Origin: Candidatus Omnitrophica bacterium UBA6215
GTDB taxonomy: Bacteria; Omnitrophota; Gorgyraeia; Pluralincolimonadales; Pluralincolimonadaceae
Assembly (NCBI GenBank): GCA_002421665.1
Contig: DISH01000005.1
Span: 78,092-142,091, forward strand
Length of the DNA stretch: 64,000 nucleotides
Direction: 5' to 3'
This document shows positions 39,285 through 49,786 of this stretch, piece after piece. The translations under genes were made by a program, and so were the position numbers. The number at the start of each line of letters is the position of its first letter. Positions within the stretch are counted from its first letter, which is position 1. The notes beneath the pieces were generated by a model. That model had not been told where the DNA came from and did no database searches. It saw only the letters and a program-made list of their open reading frames with translations.

Positions 39285-40559
39285 TTGAGCGGTTTTGGTT
39301 GCATAGTCCTTGCCGCCGGCAAGGGAACACGTTTTTACTCGGATACCCCGAAAGTCCTGCATGGTCTGCACGGAAAGCCGATACTGCAGCATGTCCTCGA
39401 GACAGTCAGGTCTGTGGGTTTTAAACGTCCGGTAGTGGTGATAGGCCACAAGGCCGGCGAAGTCGAGAGGTTTCTCAAGGGTCAGGGCGCAATCCCCGTT
39501 GTTCAGAAGCTGCAGCTCGGCACGGCTGATGCAGTCAGATGCGCCGAAAGCGAACTGTCCGTATATGATGATATAACCGTCCTTTATGGGGACGTTCCGT
39601 TGGTCAGGGAAGAGACCCTCAGGTCTTTGATCGGTTTTCATAAGTCGTCCGTTGCTTCGTGTACGGTATTGACCGTGGATATGGCGGACCCTTCCGGCTA
39701 CGGCCGTATAATACGCGGCATCTCCGGGAATGTTGAGGCGATAGTCGAGGAGAAAGAGGCTACCGCAGAAGAAGCCCGTATAAAAGAGATAAATGTCGGA
39801 CTTTATTGCTTCGACCGCAGGGACCTTTTTTCGGCGATGAAGAAGATACGCAGGTCGAAAGTCAAAAAGGAATTTTATCTTACTGATGCCATAGAGATAC
39901 TTATTTCCGAGGGCAAATCCGTAAGGGCTTATAAAACCGGCGACCCGGATGAATCGATAGGCATGAACTCGAGGACTGATTTGGCAAAGGCATATTCAAT
40001 AATAAGCAGGAGAAAGGCCGAGGAACTCAATAAAGACTGCGTGACGGTGCTTGATCCCTCGACCACGTTCATCTCTCCCGACGCTAAGATAGGCAGGGAC
40101 ACGGTTATCTATCCGTTTACCGTCATAGAGAGGGATGTAAAGATAGGCAGGGGATGCTCCGTAGGTCCCTTTTGCAGGCTTAGGCCTGGCACGGTGCTTG
40201 AGGACGGTGCCGAAATCGGGAATTTTGTGGAAGTCGTCCGGACGAAGGTCGGGAAAGGGTCAAAGGCCAAGCATCTTACATACCTGGGGGACTCGGTGCT
40301 GGGCAAGAATGTCAATATAGGATGCGGCACCATTACCGCTAATTACGACGGCAAGAAAAAGAGCCTGACCTTTATAGGGGACGGGACGTTCATTGGAAGC
40401 GGGACAGTTCTTATCGCCCCTGTCAAGGTAGGTAATGGCGCGGTAACCGGAGCAGGAAGCGTGGTCTTGAAGGACAGGGATATACCGGCCCATAGGACGG
40501 CTGTAGGCGTACCGGCAAGGATATTGGACACATCAAAAAACAAAAAGGGTAAAAGATGA
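39285..40559 (+). CDS. glmU: Bifunctional UDP-N-acetylglucosamine pyrophosphorylase / glucosamine-1-phosphate N-acetyltransferase
   Basis: IVLAAGKGTRFYSDTPKVLH, DPSGYGRII and the C-terminal LbH region GNFVEVVRTKVGKGSKAKHLTYLGD...NIGCGTITANYDG align with GlmU. Confidence 0.85.
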   Translation: MSGFGCIVLAAGKGTRFYSDTPKVLHGLHGKPILQHVLETVRSVGFKRPVVVIGHKAGEVERFLKGQGAIPVVQKLQLGTADAVRCAESELSVYDDITVLYGDVPLVREETLRSLIGFHKSSVASCTVLTVDMADPSGYGRIIRGISGNVEAIVEEKEATAEEARIKEINVGLYCFDRRDLFSAMKKIRRSKVKKEFYLTDAIEILISEGKSVRAYKTGDPDESIGMNSRTDLAKAYSIISRRKAEELNKDCVTVLDPSTTFISPDAKIGRDTVIYPFTVIERDVKIGRGCSVGPFCRLRPGTVLEDGAEIGNFVEVVRTKVGKGSKAKHLTYLGDSVLGKNVNIGCGTITANYDGKKKSLTFIGDGTFIGSGTVLIAPVKVGNGAVTGAGSVVLKDRDIPAHRTAVGVPARILDTSKNKKGKR

Positions 40560-41512
40560 AAATAAACGGGAACCTGCTCGTATTTTCGGGAAATGCCAAT
40601 CGTGCTCTCGCGAAGAAGATTTGCAACTACCTGAAGGTCCCCTTGGGCAATGCCTCCGTTGACAGGTTCAACGACGGTGAGATAAGGATAAAGATCGAGG
40701 AGGACGTCAGGGGCAAGGATGTGTTTATCGTCCAGCCTACCTGTTCCCCGGGCAATGACAACCTGATGGAACTCCTGATAATGATAGATGCGATAAAACG
40801 TTCTTCGGCGCGCCGCATAACCGCGGTAATGCCGTATTACGGATACAGCAGGCAGGACAGGAAAGACCGTCCCAGGGTCCCTATAACGGCAAAACTTGTT
40901 GCCAACCTTATAACGGTTGCCGGCGCCAGCAGGGTGCTTACGATGGACCTGCATGCCGGACAGATACAAGGGTTCTTTGATATCCCCCTGGATAACCTTT
41001 TTGCCGTTAACACGTTCATGAAGTATTTTGAGAAAAAGCACCTACCTAACCTTGTGGTGGTCTCGCCCGACGTCGGCGGGATCAAGATGGCCCGCGCATA
41101 TGCCAAGAAATTCAAGACCGGGCTTGCCGTTGTCGACAAGAGGCGCATAAGCGATAAGCAGGCGGAAGTGATGAATATAATGGGTGAAGTAAGAGGCAAG
41201 AATGTCTGCCTTATCGATGACCTGGTTGCCACCGCAGGTACTCTCGTAGAGGCGGTCGCGGCACTTAAGAAAGCCGGCGCCAGGAAGGTTTTCGCGGCGG
41301 CCACCCACCCTGTATTGTCAGGGCCTGCCATAGAAAGGATACGTAATTCCGAGCTCGAAGAGCTTATAGTGACCGATACCATACCCATACCGAAAGAGAA
41401 GATGATCCCGCAGATAAAGGTCTTGTCAGTCGGCCCTCTTCTCGGGCAGGCTATAACGAGGATACACAACGAACAATCGATAAGCATATTATTCGATAAG
41501 GTGTACCAGTAA
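40556..41512 (+). CDS. prs: Ribose-phosphate pyrophosphokinase
   Basis: LLVFSGNANRALAKKICNYL...FNDGEIRIKIEEDVRGKDVFIVQ and the PRPP-binding loop. Confidence 0.95.
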   Translation: MKINGNLLVFSGNANRALAKKICNYLKVPLGNASVDRFNDGEIRIKIEEDVRGKDVFIVQPTCSPGNDNLMELLIMIDAIKRSSARRITAVMPYYGYSRQDRKDRPRVPITAKLVANLITVAGASRVLTMDLHAGQIQGFFDIPLDNLFAVNTFMKYFEKKHLPNLVVVSPDVGGIKMARAYAKKFKTGLAVVDKRRISDKQAEVMNIMGEVRGKNVCLIDDLVATAGTLVEAVAALKKAGARKVFAAATHPVLSGPAIERIRNSELEELIVTDTIPIPKEKMIPQIKVLSVGPLLGQAITRIHNEQSISILFDKVYQ

Positions 41513-41562
41513 AGCAATGATATGCTCCGTAATGGAGCTCATTCAGAAAGGAAAAAGAAGAA

Positions 41563-42276
41563 ATGGAACAGGTAAAACTGGAAGCCAGGGTCAGGAAAGA
41601 TCTGGGGAAATCGGCAGTAAAGCATGAACGCGAAAAAGGCATAATACCTGCTATTGTCTATCGCAAGGGCGAGAATGCCATGCCGATATACCTTAACAGG
41701 AAATCTATGGAATTGGCTCTCCATACATCCGCCGGAGAGAATGCCCTTATCAACCTCAAGATAGAAGGGGATGACAAGGCGAAATCCAAGACGTGCATAA
41801 TCAAGGAGATACAGCATGATCCCTTGAGCGGGAGCATGCTCCATATCGATTTCAACGAGATATCACTTACGGAAGAGATCAAGGTTGACGTTCCCCTTGC
41901 TCCTAAGGGTGAATCTATCGGCGTTAAGCAGGATGGAGGCGTCCTGGAGCATCTTCTCTGGGAGATACAGGTCGAGTGCTTGCCTACCGCTATACCCGAA
42001 AAGCTTGAGATAGATGTAAGCGGATTGAAGATAGGTGATGCCTTGTTCGTCAAGGACATAGTGGCTCCTGATGGCGTCAAGATACTCAATGACCCTGAGG
42101 TCAGGATATTCGCGGTCGAGAAGCCGGTAGAGATCAAGCCTGAGGAGGCTGCTGCCGAGGCCGAAACCGCGCCTTCCGAACCCGAAGTATTGAAACAGAA
42201 GAAGCCTGAGGAGATAGCCGCCGAGGAAGAAGCCAAGGCCAAGGCGAAGGAGAAGGAGAAGGAGAAGAAGGAATAA
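41563..42276 (+). CDS. rplY: 50S ribosomal protein L25 / general stress protein Ctc
   Basis: RVRKDLGKSAVKHEREKGIIPAIVYRKGE and an acidic/lysine-rich C-terminal tail. Confidence 0.9.
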   Translation: MEQVKLEARVRKDLGKSAVKHEREKGIIPAIVYRKGENAMPIYLNRKSMELALHTSAGENALINLKIEGDDKAKSKTCIIKEIQHDPLSGSMLHIDFNEISLTEEIKVDVPLAPKGESIGVKQDGGVLEHLLWEIQVECLPTAIPEKLEIDVSGLKIGDALFVKDIVAPDGVKILNDPEVRIFAVEKPVEIKPEEAAAEAETAPSEPEVLKQKKPEEIAAEEEAKAKAKEKEKEKKE

Positions 42277-42285
42277 TACGGCCCT

Positions 42286-42876
42286 ATGAAATTGATCGTA
42301 GGCTTGGGCAATCCCGGAGGCAAGTACGAGGCAACGCGGCATAATGTAGGATTTATGGTCGCCGAGACATTGGCCGCAAAGCATGGAATAAGATTGCGAA
42401 CCAGGGCATACGATTCGATAGCGGGAAAAGGCAGGATAGCGGGAGAGGACGTGGCGATCATCCTTCCGCAGACATATATGAACAGGTCGGGGCAGGCTGT
42501 CAAGGCTTTCTCCGCCAGGAATAAAGTAATGCCGGGGGAGATACTTGTGGTATGCGACGATGTGAACCTGTCCCTCGGGGTGATAAGGTTGCGCCGGACG
42601 GGATCAGCAGGCGGGCATAACGGCCTGGCTTCTATCATAGAATCCCTGGGGAGCGCGGATTTCGTCAGGCTGCGTGTCGGCATAGGCAGGAAAGATTCCG
42701 GAAGGGAAGTTGGAGGCCCTCAGCTGAGCGGATATGTCCTTTCGGTTTTTTCAAAGAAAGAGGCCGAAGAGCTTGAGTGCATAGTAGAGACCGCGGCGGA
42801 ATGCTGCGAAACATGGATCAGGAACGGCGCCGAACGCGCCGCAAACCTGTTCAACGCAAAGAATAGAAAGGAATGA
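42286..42876 (+). CDS. pth: Peptidyl-tRNA hydrolase
   Basis: MKLIVGLGNPGGKYEATRHNVGF and the GHNG motif. Confidence 0.95.
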   Translation: MKLIVGLGNPGGKYEATRHNVGFMVAETLAAKHGIRLRTRAYDSIAGKGRIAGEDVAIILPQTYMNRSGQAVKAFSARNKVMPGEILVVCDDVNLSLGVIRLRRTGSAGGHNGLASIIESLGSADFVRLRVGIGRKDSGREVGGPQLSGYVLSVFSKKEAEELECIVETAAECCETWIRNGAERAANLFNAKNRKE

Positions 42877-43169
42877 AGATGAAGAAATACGAAGGTCTGT
42901 TCATACTTAAATCGAACCTTACCGATGAGGAGAACGGCAAGCTTGTGAACTCTATCCTGGATGTTGTAGCCAAGAACGGCGGAAAGGTTGATGCAAAAGA
43001 AGACCTTGGGACCCGCGATCTGGCTTATAATATAAAGAAAGAGAAGAAAGGCCGCTACCTGCTGGTATATTTCACCGCAGAGGCCTCAGCCATAGCTTCC
43101 ATGGAAAAGACTTATAAGATAAACGAGTCCATATTAAGGACAGTAGTATTTATTAACGAAGCAGCATAG
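42873..43169 (+). CDS. rpsF: 30S ribosomal protein S6
   Basis: KYEGLFILKSNLTDEE; 98 aa. Confidence 0.85.
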   Translation: MKMKKYEGLFILKSNLTDEENGKLVNSILDVVAKNGGKVDAKEDLGTRDLAYNIKKEKKGRYLLVYFTAEASAIASMEKTYKINESILRTVVFINEAA

Positions 43170-43180
43170 GAGAATTCGTT

Positions 43181-43597
43181 ATGGCAAGTCTGAACAAGGT
43201 TTTTCTCATTGGTAACCTTACCCGTGACCCGGAATTGCGTTATATACCGAGCGGCAGCGCCGTTACTACGTTCACGGTAGCGGTGAACAGGGTCTATACG
43301 CAGCAGGGAGAGAAGAAAGAGGAAGTGTCTTACATAAGGGTTGTTGTCTGGGCGAAGATGGCCGAGACCTGCGGCGAGTACCTTTCTAAGGGCAGCCCGG
43401 TTTTCGTTGAAGGCAGGATACAGAGCAGGAGCTGGGAGACGCCTCAGGGCGAAAAGCGCTCTACGATCGAGGTAATAGCCGAAAGGGTGCAATTCCTCGG
43501 AAAGACAAAGGGCGGAAAGCAGGACCTGCCGGCCCCGGACGCAGAGACGCCCGATGCGCACCAGAGCGGTCCTCAGGACGATGGCGTACCGTTTTAA
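43181..43597 (+). CDS. ssb: Single-stranded DNA-binding protein
   Basis: OB-fold N-terminus LNKVFLIGNLTRDPELRYIPSG with a DDGVPF C-terminal tail. Confidence 0.95.
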   Translation: MASLNKVFLIGNLTRDPELRYIPSGSAVTTFTVAVNRVYTQQGEKKEEVSYIRVVVWAKMAETCGEYLSKGSPVFVEGRIQSRSWETPQGEKRSTIEVIAERVQFLGKTKGGKQDLPAPDAETPDAHQSGPQDDGVPF

Positions 43598-43639
43598 TCG
43601 AATAGAGATAAAATCCAAACAGGAGAAGACAGGAGCGAA

Positions 43640-43870
43640 ATGGAAAGAAGAGAGAAGAGGGTTTTCAGGAAAAAGGTATGCAAGTTTTGCAGCGAGAAGA
43701 TAAACGCGATCGATTATAAGGACACGGTAAAACTGTCCAAGTTCATAACCGAGCGCGGTAAGATAATACCGTCAAGGATATCAGGGAATTGCGCGAAGCA
43801 TCAGCGCATGCTGGCCAAGGCCATAAAGAAGGCCCGGTTGGCCGCGTTCATTCCCTACACATCCGTCTAA
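43640..43870 (+). CDS. rpsR: 30S ribosomal protein S18
   Basis: [43 protein letters not shown]. Confidence 0.95.
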   Translation: MERREKRVFRKKVCKFCSEKINAIDYKDTVKLSKFITERGKIIPSRISGNCAKHQRMLAKAIKKARLAAFIPYTSV

Positions 43871-43901
43871 CAGGATACACGAAAATATAAGGGGTTATAC
43901 G

Positions 43902-44351
43902 ATGTCCGCAAAGGTCATATTGTTGAAAGATGTCGCCGGCCTCGGAAAATCCGGGGATGTTGTATCGGCCAGCGACGGTTACATGAGGAATTACCTGTTT
44001 CCCCGAAAGTTGGCGCTCCCGGCGACCGAACAGAACATAAAGGTAGCGGAAACCAATAAGAAATTGAGGCAGGAGGCGCTTGAGAAAGAAAAAGAGGAAG
44101 CCCTGAAACTCGCGGATGCTATATCCAAAGCATCGATAACCATCGCGATGGAGGCGGGCAAGGATGACAAACTTTTCGGTTCCGTTACAAGCGCTGATAT
44201 ACACAAGGCGATGGAAGCCGAAGGGATATCCGTTGACAAGAAGAAGATAGACCTGAAGGAGCATATAACCCAGATAGGTATATTCCAGGTGCCTGTCAAG
44301 CTGCATCCTGATATAAACGCTTCTCTCAAACTTTGGGTGGTCAAAAAATAA
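43902..44351 (+). CDS. rplI: 50S ribosomal protein L9
   Basis: MSAKVILLKDVAGLGKSGDVVSASDGYMRNYLFPRKLA. Confidence 0.95.
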   Translation: MSAKVILLKDVAGLGKSGDVVSASDGYMRNYLFPRKLALPATEQNIKVAETNKKLRQEALEKEKEEALKLADAISKASITIAMEAGKDDKLFGSVTSADIHKAMEAEGISVDKKKIDLKEHITQIGIFQVPVKLHPDINASLKLWVVKK

Positions 44352-44352
44352 G

Positions 44353-45717
44353 ATGGCCCAAGGCAAGGAAGGTAAAGATATCGCCTTAGAAAAGCTCCCC
44401 CCGCAGAACTTGGACGCGGAGATGGCGGTCCTCTGTTCCATGCTTATAGAGGAAGAAGCGATATCCCATGCTTTCGAGATACTCTCGGAGGATGCCTTCT
44501 ACAAACAGGCCCACCGCCTTATATTCAGGGCCATGGTCGGCCTTTACAGCAATAGCAAAGCCGTAGATCTTGTTACGCTCGCGGAAGAGCTCAGGAAAAA
44601 AGGAGAGTTGGAAGATGCGGGCGGCATAAATTACCTGACCTCGCTCAGCACGTTCGTCCCTACCGCGGCGAATGTCCGGCATTATGCCAAGATAGTCAAG
44701 GACAAGAGCATGCTGAGGAACCTCATAGCTACCGCTACTACCATATTATCGGAAGCGTATGACGGACAGGACGACGCCAGGGAACTTCTCGACAAGGCGG
44801 AAAGGCTTATATTCGAGATATCCTCCAAGAAGACAGAGGGAGGTTTCGTTTCGCTCAAAGAGATAATAAAAGATTCCATAGAGACGATAGATTCCCTTTA
44901 CCAGAGGAAGACGAATATAACGGGCCTGGCGACAGGGTTCGATGATTTCGACAAGATGACATCCGGCCTGCACGAGGGAGAGCTTATAGTAGTGGCAGGC
45001 AGGCCTTCAATGGGAAAGAGCGCCCTCGCATGCTGCATAGCCGAGCACGCGGGTATAGTCCTTAAGCAGCCCGTGGCGATATTCAGCCTTGAAATGTCGA
45101 AGGAATCCCTCGCCCAGAGGATGCTTTGTTCCCACGCGAGGGTAGACGCCAGCCGTGTAAGGACGGGTTTTCTTTCGCAATCAGACTGGCCCCATCTTGT
45201 CAATGCTGCGGGAAAATTCTCAGAGGCACCTATATTCATAGACGACACCTCGGCACTTTCCGCCCTTGAGTTGAGGGGGAAAGCCAGGAGGCTGAAGTCA
45301 CAGCACGACCTTAAGCTCATCATAGTAGATTACCTCCAACTGATGGAAAGCCCTTCGATGCGTTCCGAAGGCAGGCAACAGGAGATAGCGGACATATCGA
45401 GGTCCCTTAAGGCCCTGGCAAAAGAGATAAATGTGCCTCTTATAGCCGTAAGCCAGCTCTCGAGGAAGCCGGAGGGAAGGGACGATAAAAGGCCGCAGCT
45501 TGCGGACCTTAGGGAATCGGGCGCCATCGAACAGGATGCCGACCTCGTACTGCTTTTGTTCAGGGAAGAGTTCTATACTCCCACGGAAGAGAACAGGGGT
45601 ATAGCCGAGCTGATGGTCGCGAAACAGCGTAACGGCCCGACGGGACCCATAAAACTGGCGTTCATCAAAGAACTGACAAGATTCGAAAATCTTTCCGTGA
45701 GACAGGAAAGCTACTAG
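44353..45717 (+). CDS. dnaB: Replicative DNA helicase
   Basis: N-terminal DnaB domain and the Walker A motif GRPSMGKSALA within the RecA-like fold. Confidence 0.95.
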   Translation: MAQGKEGKDIALEKLPPQNLDAEMAVLCSMLIEEEAISHAFEILSEDAFYKQAHRLIFRAMVGLYSNSKAVDLVTLAEELRKKGELEDAGGINYLTSLSTFVPTAANVRHYAKIVKDKSMLRNLIATATTILSEAYDGQDDARELLDKAERLIFEISSKKTEGGFVSLKEIIKDSIETIDSLYQRKTNITGLATGFDDFDKMTSGLHEGELIVVAGRPSMGKSALACCIAEHAGIVLKQPVAIFSLEMSKESLAQRMLCSHARVDASRVRTGFLSQSDWPHLVNAAGKFSEAPIFIDDTSALSALELRGKARRLKSQHDLKLIIVDYLQLMESPSMRSEGRQQEIADISRSLKALAKEINVPLIAVSQLSRKPEGRDDKRPQLADLRESGAIEQDADLVLLLFREEFYTPTEENRGIAELMVAKQRNGPTGPIKLAFIKELTRFENLSVRQESY

Positions 45718-45782
45718 GCCGTTACAATTTGCTTTACTTTATGTTATGCGTATGTTAAATTAATTCTTTAAATGAGGATTTT

Positions 45783-48152
45783 ATGAAGATCTTCCCTAGA
45801 ATATTCCTGGTCATTCTGCTTACCCTTGGGGTTATAGGCCCCGTTTTCTCAGAGGAGGCCCCTGCCGTTACTGAGGTTGCCGTTGAACCGGCTGCCACGG
45901 ACCAGCCTGCGCCTTCCGCTGCGTCCGTACCTGCGGAAAAGAGCGTCAAGAGCGTACTTATAGTCGGGAATAAGACCATATCGTCATCCCTGGTCCTTTC
46001 CAAGGTCAAGACAAAGCCCCAGGAGGCCTACAAAAAGACCACGGTTGACGAAGACATAAAACGCATATACGGTCTCGGCTATTTCTCGGACGTGAAAGCG
46101 GAGGTAAAGGAATTTTCCGATGGCATAGAAGTTGTTTTTATCGTTACGGAAAAACCCCCTATAGGCCAGATAGTTTTTGCGGGCAATAAGGCCTTTCGCG
46201 ATGAAAGACTGAAGAAAGAACTCAAGATAAAACCCGATGAGATACTTGACGAGAGGCAGCTCAAGGAAGGAATCAGGGCCATCAGGGAGATGTATTACAG
46301 GAAAGGGTATACGCATTCAAAGATAGATTACGCTATCAGGCTTGATCCGACGACCAACAGGGCCGTGGTTACCATTATGATAGAGGAAGGCAAAAGGGTC
46401 AAGATACGCAAGATAACCTTTGAAGGGAACAAAGCCTTCAAGTCGGATGTGCTGTTAAGGCTCATGTCCACAAAGACTGCCTGGTGGTTCTTCAGGTCAG
46501 GTATTTTCAACGAGGACGCTTTCGATTCCGACCTGGATAAATTAAGGGCTTTCTACGGCGATAACGGATATCTCGATGCCAAGATGGAGCCGGAGTTGAA
46601 GTATGACGATGACGGTAAGTTCCTTTTCATAAATATAAAGATAGATGAAGGCAAACAATACCTGGTCAATTCCATAGGCATATCCGGAAATGCCGTTATA
46701 TCGGAAAAAGATATCCGCAAGACGCTTAAGATGACTGTAGGCAAGGCCTTCAGCAGGAACGGCCTAAGGGAAGATGCGGATGCTATACAGGGTCTTTATT
46801 TCGATAAGGGTTATATATACGCGGTGGTCAAGACAGATACGGCTATCGACCCTGCCAGCGGCAATATAGATGTTAAATATTCGATAACCGAGAATGATTT
46901 GACCTTTGTCGGGAGAATAGATATCCGCGGCAACGTCCGCACTAAGGACAAGGTAATAAGAAGGGAATTGAGGCTTCGTCCGGGACAGCCTTTCAGCGGA
47001 GAAAAATTGCAGCGTTCCAAGGAGCGTCTGTATAATCTGGGCTATTTCGAGGATATAACTTTCGATACCGAGAAGACCCCGGAGCCCAACAAGGCCAACC
47101 TGCTTGTCGATGTCAAAGAGACAAAGACCGGCGAGTTTTCTTTCGGCGGCGGTTTTTCGACCGTGGATAAACTTGTAGGTTTTGTCCAGGTTACACAGAG
47201 AAATTTTGACATTATGAATTGGCCTACCTTTACGGGCGGCGGGCAACAGCTTGTACTAAGGGCCGAGGTCGGTACATCCAGGAGGGACTACCAGTTAAGC
47301 TGGACCGACCCGTGGATATTCGATTACCCGTACCTGTTCGGTTTTGACATATACCAGAACACAAGGTTATCGTCGAGCAGTACCGGTTACGGTTACGATG
47401 AGCGCAGGAGAGGCGCGGACCTAAGGTTCGGCAAGGAGTTCGATGATTTCGACAGGGCCGACCTTACTTACAGGCTGGAAGAGGTAAGGATATCCAATGT
47501 TGATGATGGTGCCACCAATGACCTTAAGAAAGAAGCGGGAACGAATAATATCTCAAGCCTCCTCTTGGGCCTTACCAGGGATACGAGGGATTCTAATTTC
47601 AGCCCGACCAAAGGTTACCTGCTCTACGGTTCCGTAGAAGGCGCCGGCGGTCCGCTGCAGGGCGATAAGGATTTCCTGAAATGGTACGGGTCGGCTTCCG
47701 TATATTTTTCCCCGATAAATAAGCAGGTCCTGGAACTTAGCACGCGGTTGGGTGCGGTGGGCGCTTTCGGGGATTCCGACGGTGTCCCGATATACGAAAG
47801 GTTCTTTGCCGGCGGCGCGGATTCGGTCCGCGGTTACAAGGAAAGAGGGCTTGGTCCCAAAGATCCCGCTACCAATGATCCGTTGGGCGGCGAAGCCATG
47901 ATAGTGGCGAGCGCGGAATATACATTCCCGGTCATTGAATTTTTGAAAGGCGCCGTATTTTTCGATGCCGGTAATGTCTGGGAAAAAGAAGGGGATTTCG
48001 GGCAGGGAGGTTACAAGTATTCGACAGGCGCCGGCGTAAGGGTCAAGACGCCCGTCGGTCCGGTCAAGCTGGATTACGGTTTTCCGCTCAAGACTGACCC
48101 GGGAGAAAAGAAGAAGGGCCGGTTCCATTTCAGTTTGAGCAGAGCTTTTTAA
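45783..48152 (+). CDS. bamA: Outer membrane protein assembly factor BamA
   Basis: Signal peptide, five POTRA-like repeats, and a C-terminal Omp85 beta-barrel ending in F. Confidence 0.9.
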   Translation: MKIFPRIFLVILLTLGVIGPVFSEEAPAVTEVAVEPAATDQPAPSAASVPAEKSVKSVLIVGNKTISSSLVLSKVKTKPQEAYKKTTVDEDIKRIYGLGYFSDVKAEVKEFSDGIEVVFIVTEKPPIGQIVFAGNKAFRDERLKKELKIKPDEILDERQLKEGIRAIREMYYRKGYTHSKIDYAIRLDPTTNRAVVTIMIEEGKRVKIRKITFEGNKAFKSDVLLRLMSTKTAWWFFRSGIFNEDAFDSDLDKLRAFYGDNGYLDAKMEPELKYDDDGKFLFINIKIDEGKQYLVNSIGISGNAVISEKDIRKTLKMTVGKAFSRNGLREDADAIQGLYFDKGYIYAVVKTDTAIDPASGNIDVKYSITENDLTFVGRIDIRGNVRTKDKVIRRELRLRPGQPFSGEKLQRSKERLYNLGYFEDITFDTEKTPEPNKANLLVDVKETKTGEFSFGGGFSTVDKLVGFVQVTQRNFDIMNWPTFTGGGQQLVLRAEVGTSRRDYQLSWTDPWIFDYPYLFGFDIYQNTRLSSSSTGYGYDERRRGADLRFGKEFDDFDRADLTYRLEEVRISNVDDGATNDLKKEAGTNNISSLLLGLTRDTRDSNFSPTKGYLLYGSVEGAGGPLQGDKDFLKWYGSASVYFSPINKQVLELSTRLGAVGAFGDSDGVPIYERFFAGGADSVRGYKERGLGPKDPATNDPLGGEAMIVASAEYTFPVIEFLKGAVFFDAGNVWEKEGDFGQGGYKYSTGAGVRVKTPVGPVKLDYGFPLKTDPGEKKKGRFHFSLSRAF

Positions 48153-48169
48153 CTAGAAAGGAGAAAAAA

Positions 48170-48697
48170 ATGAAAGCAGTTTCAAGGTTTTTGGTCATAG
48201 CATTATTTATGACCATATCTTTTGCGGCTGCGAATTCGGTTTTTGCCGCAGCGGAAAAGATCGGTTATATGGATTTTGCCAAGGTTTTTGATGAATATAA
48301 CAAGACCAAGGACTTCGACAAACAGCTCGAGGCTAAAGGAACCGCCAAGCAGGGAGAAAGAGACAAGCTCGTCACAGAGATAAAGAAGCTTAAGGACGAA
48401 GCGGACCTTGCTTCGGACAGGGACAGGGCCAAGAAGCAGGCTGTTGTCGACGACAAGATAAAGAAATTAGGCGAGTTTGACAGGGATTCAAGGGAAGCCC
48501 TCAGGAAAGAGCGCGATGATATGGCCCGTGCCATATTCAAGGAGATCAAGGAAGTCGTGGATGATATAGGCAAGAAAGAAGGCTACAAATATATCATCGA
48601 TTCCAGGATGGTCCTTTACGGCAACGCCAGTGACGATCTGACGGACCGCGTGCTCAAGATCCTGAACGACAAATATATGGTGAAGGGAAAGAAATAA
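48170..48697 (+). CDS. skp: Periplasmic chaperone Skp (OmpH)
   Basis: Signal peptide followed by a coiled-coil K/E/D-rich region of OmpH family size, in the conserved bamA-skp-lpxD order. Confidence 0.75.
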   Translation: MKAVSRFLVIALFMTISFAAANSVFAAAEKIGYMDFAKVFDEYNKTKDFDKQLEAKGTAKQGERDKLVTEIKKLKDEADLASDRDRAKKQAVVDDKIKKLGEFDRDSREALRKERDDMARAIFKEIKEVVDDIGKKEGYKYIIDSRMVLYGNASDDLTDRVLKILNDKYMVKGKK

Positions 48698-48721
48698 GCG
48701 GTGTCCGAGGAAGGTCCTTCT

Positions 48722-49786
48722 ATGCGCAAGACCCTTAAAGAGATTGCGCAGTTAATAGACGGCGAAGTAATAGGCGACAGCGGCATAGTCATAACAGGCA
48801 TAAGCGGTATAAGGGAGGCGGAAGAGGGAGACCTCTCTTTTCTGGCCAACCCGCGTTATGCGCCGCTTATGGAGATAACGAAAGCAGCTGCCGTTATAAC
48901 GTCCCGGGAGATAGATTCCGCCCCGAAGCCGATCATAAGGACCGATAATCCTTCGTTGGCTTTTTCGAAGATAATTTCCATGTTGTTGCCTAATAGCCAG
49001 CAGTATCCTTCCGGTATACATCCCGCGGCGGTAATAGGCAAGAATGTAAAACTCGGCCGCGATATTGCAGTACAGGCCTATGCCGTTATAGACGACGGCG
49101 CCGTTATCGGCGACAGGACGATAATTTATTCCGGCTCGTATATAGGATATAATGCGAAAGTCGGGTGCGATTGCCTTATATATCCCAATGTAGTGCTGCG
49201 AGAGAATGTCGTTATCGGCGACAGGGTCATAATACATTCCGGGACATGTGTCGGGAGCGACGGTTTCGGGTTTGCCACCATTAACGGCGAACACCATAAG
49301 ATACCGCAAATAGGGACAGTGGTAATAGAAGACGATGTTGAGATAGGCGCTAACGTAACCATAGACAGGGCGCGTTTCGGTAAGACGGTCATCGGCCGCG
49401 GCACCAAGATCGACAATCTTGTCCAGATAGCTCATAATGTTGTCATAGGCGAGAATTCGATAATAATAGCCCAGGCCGGTATATCCGGCTCTACCGTAAT
49501 AGGCAAGAATGTTACCATAGCCGGGCAGGCGGGGCTAGTGGGCCATATAACTGTCGGAGATAATGCGGTCCTTGCAGCCCAGGCCGGTGTGACAAAATCT
49601 GTTCCCGCAAATATATGCGTATCAGGTTACCCGGCTAAACCGCACGATGAGGCTAAAAGGCTTAACGCTTTTATTTCACGTCTTCCCCAGATAGCCGAAG
49701 ACATAAAGAATCTAAAGGAAAGAATAACCCAGTTGGAGAACAAAATATCAGATGGAACAACAGCTGACGATAAAAAGCGCGGTTGA
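48722..49786 (+). CDS. lpxD: UDP-3-O-acylglucosamine N-acyltransferase
   Basis: The N-terminus aligns with LpxD ([22 protein letters not shown]) and is followed by hexapeptide repeats. A GTG at 48701 is an alternative start. Confidence 0.9.
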   Translation: MRKTLKEIAQLIDGEVIGDSGIVITGISGIREAEEGDLSFLANPRYAPLMEITKAAAVITSREIDSAPKPIIRTDNPSLAFSKIISMLLPNSQQYPSGIHPAAVIGKNVKLGRDIAVQAYAVIDDGAVIGDRTIIYSGSYIGYNAKVGCDCLIYPNVVLRENVVIGDRVIIHSGTCVGSDGFGFATINGEHHKIPQIGTVVIEDDVEIGANVTIDRARFGKTVIGRGTKIDNLVQIAHNVVIGENSIIIAQAGISGSTVIGKNVTIAGQAGLVGHITVGDNAVLAAQAGVTKSVPANICVSGYPAKPHDEAKRLNAFISRLPQIAEDIKNLKERITQLENKISDGTTADDKKRG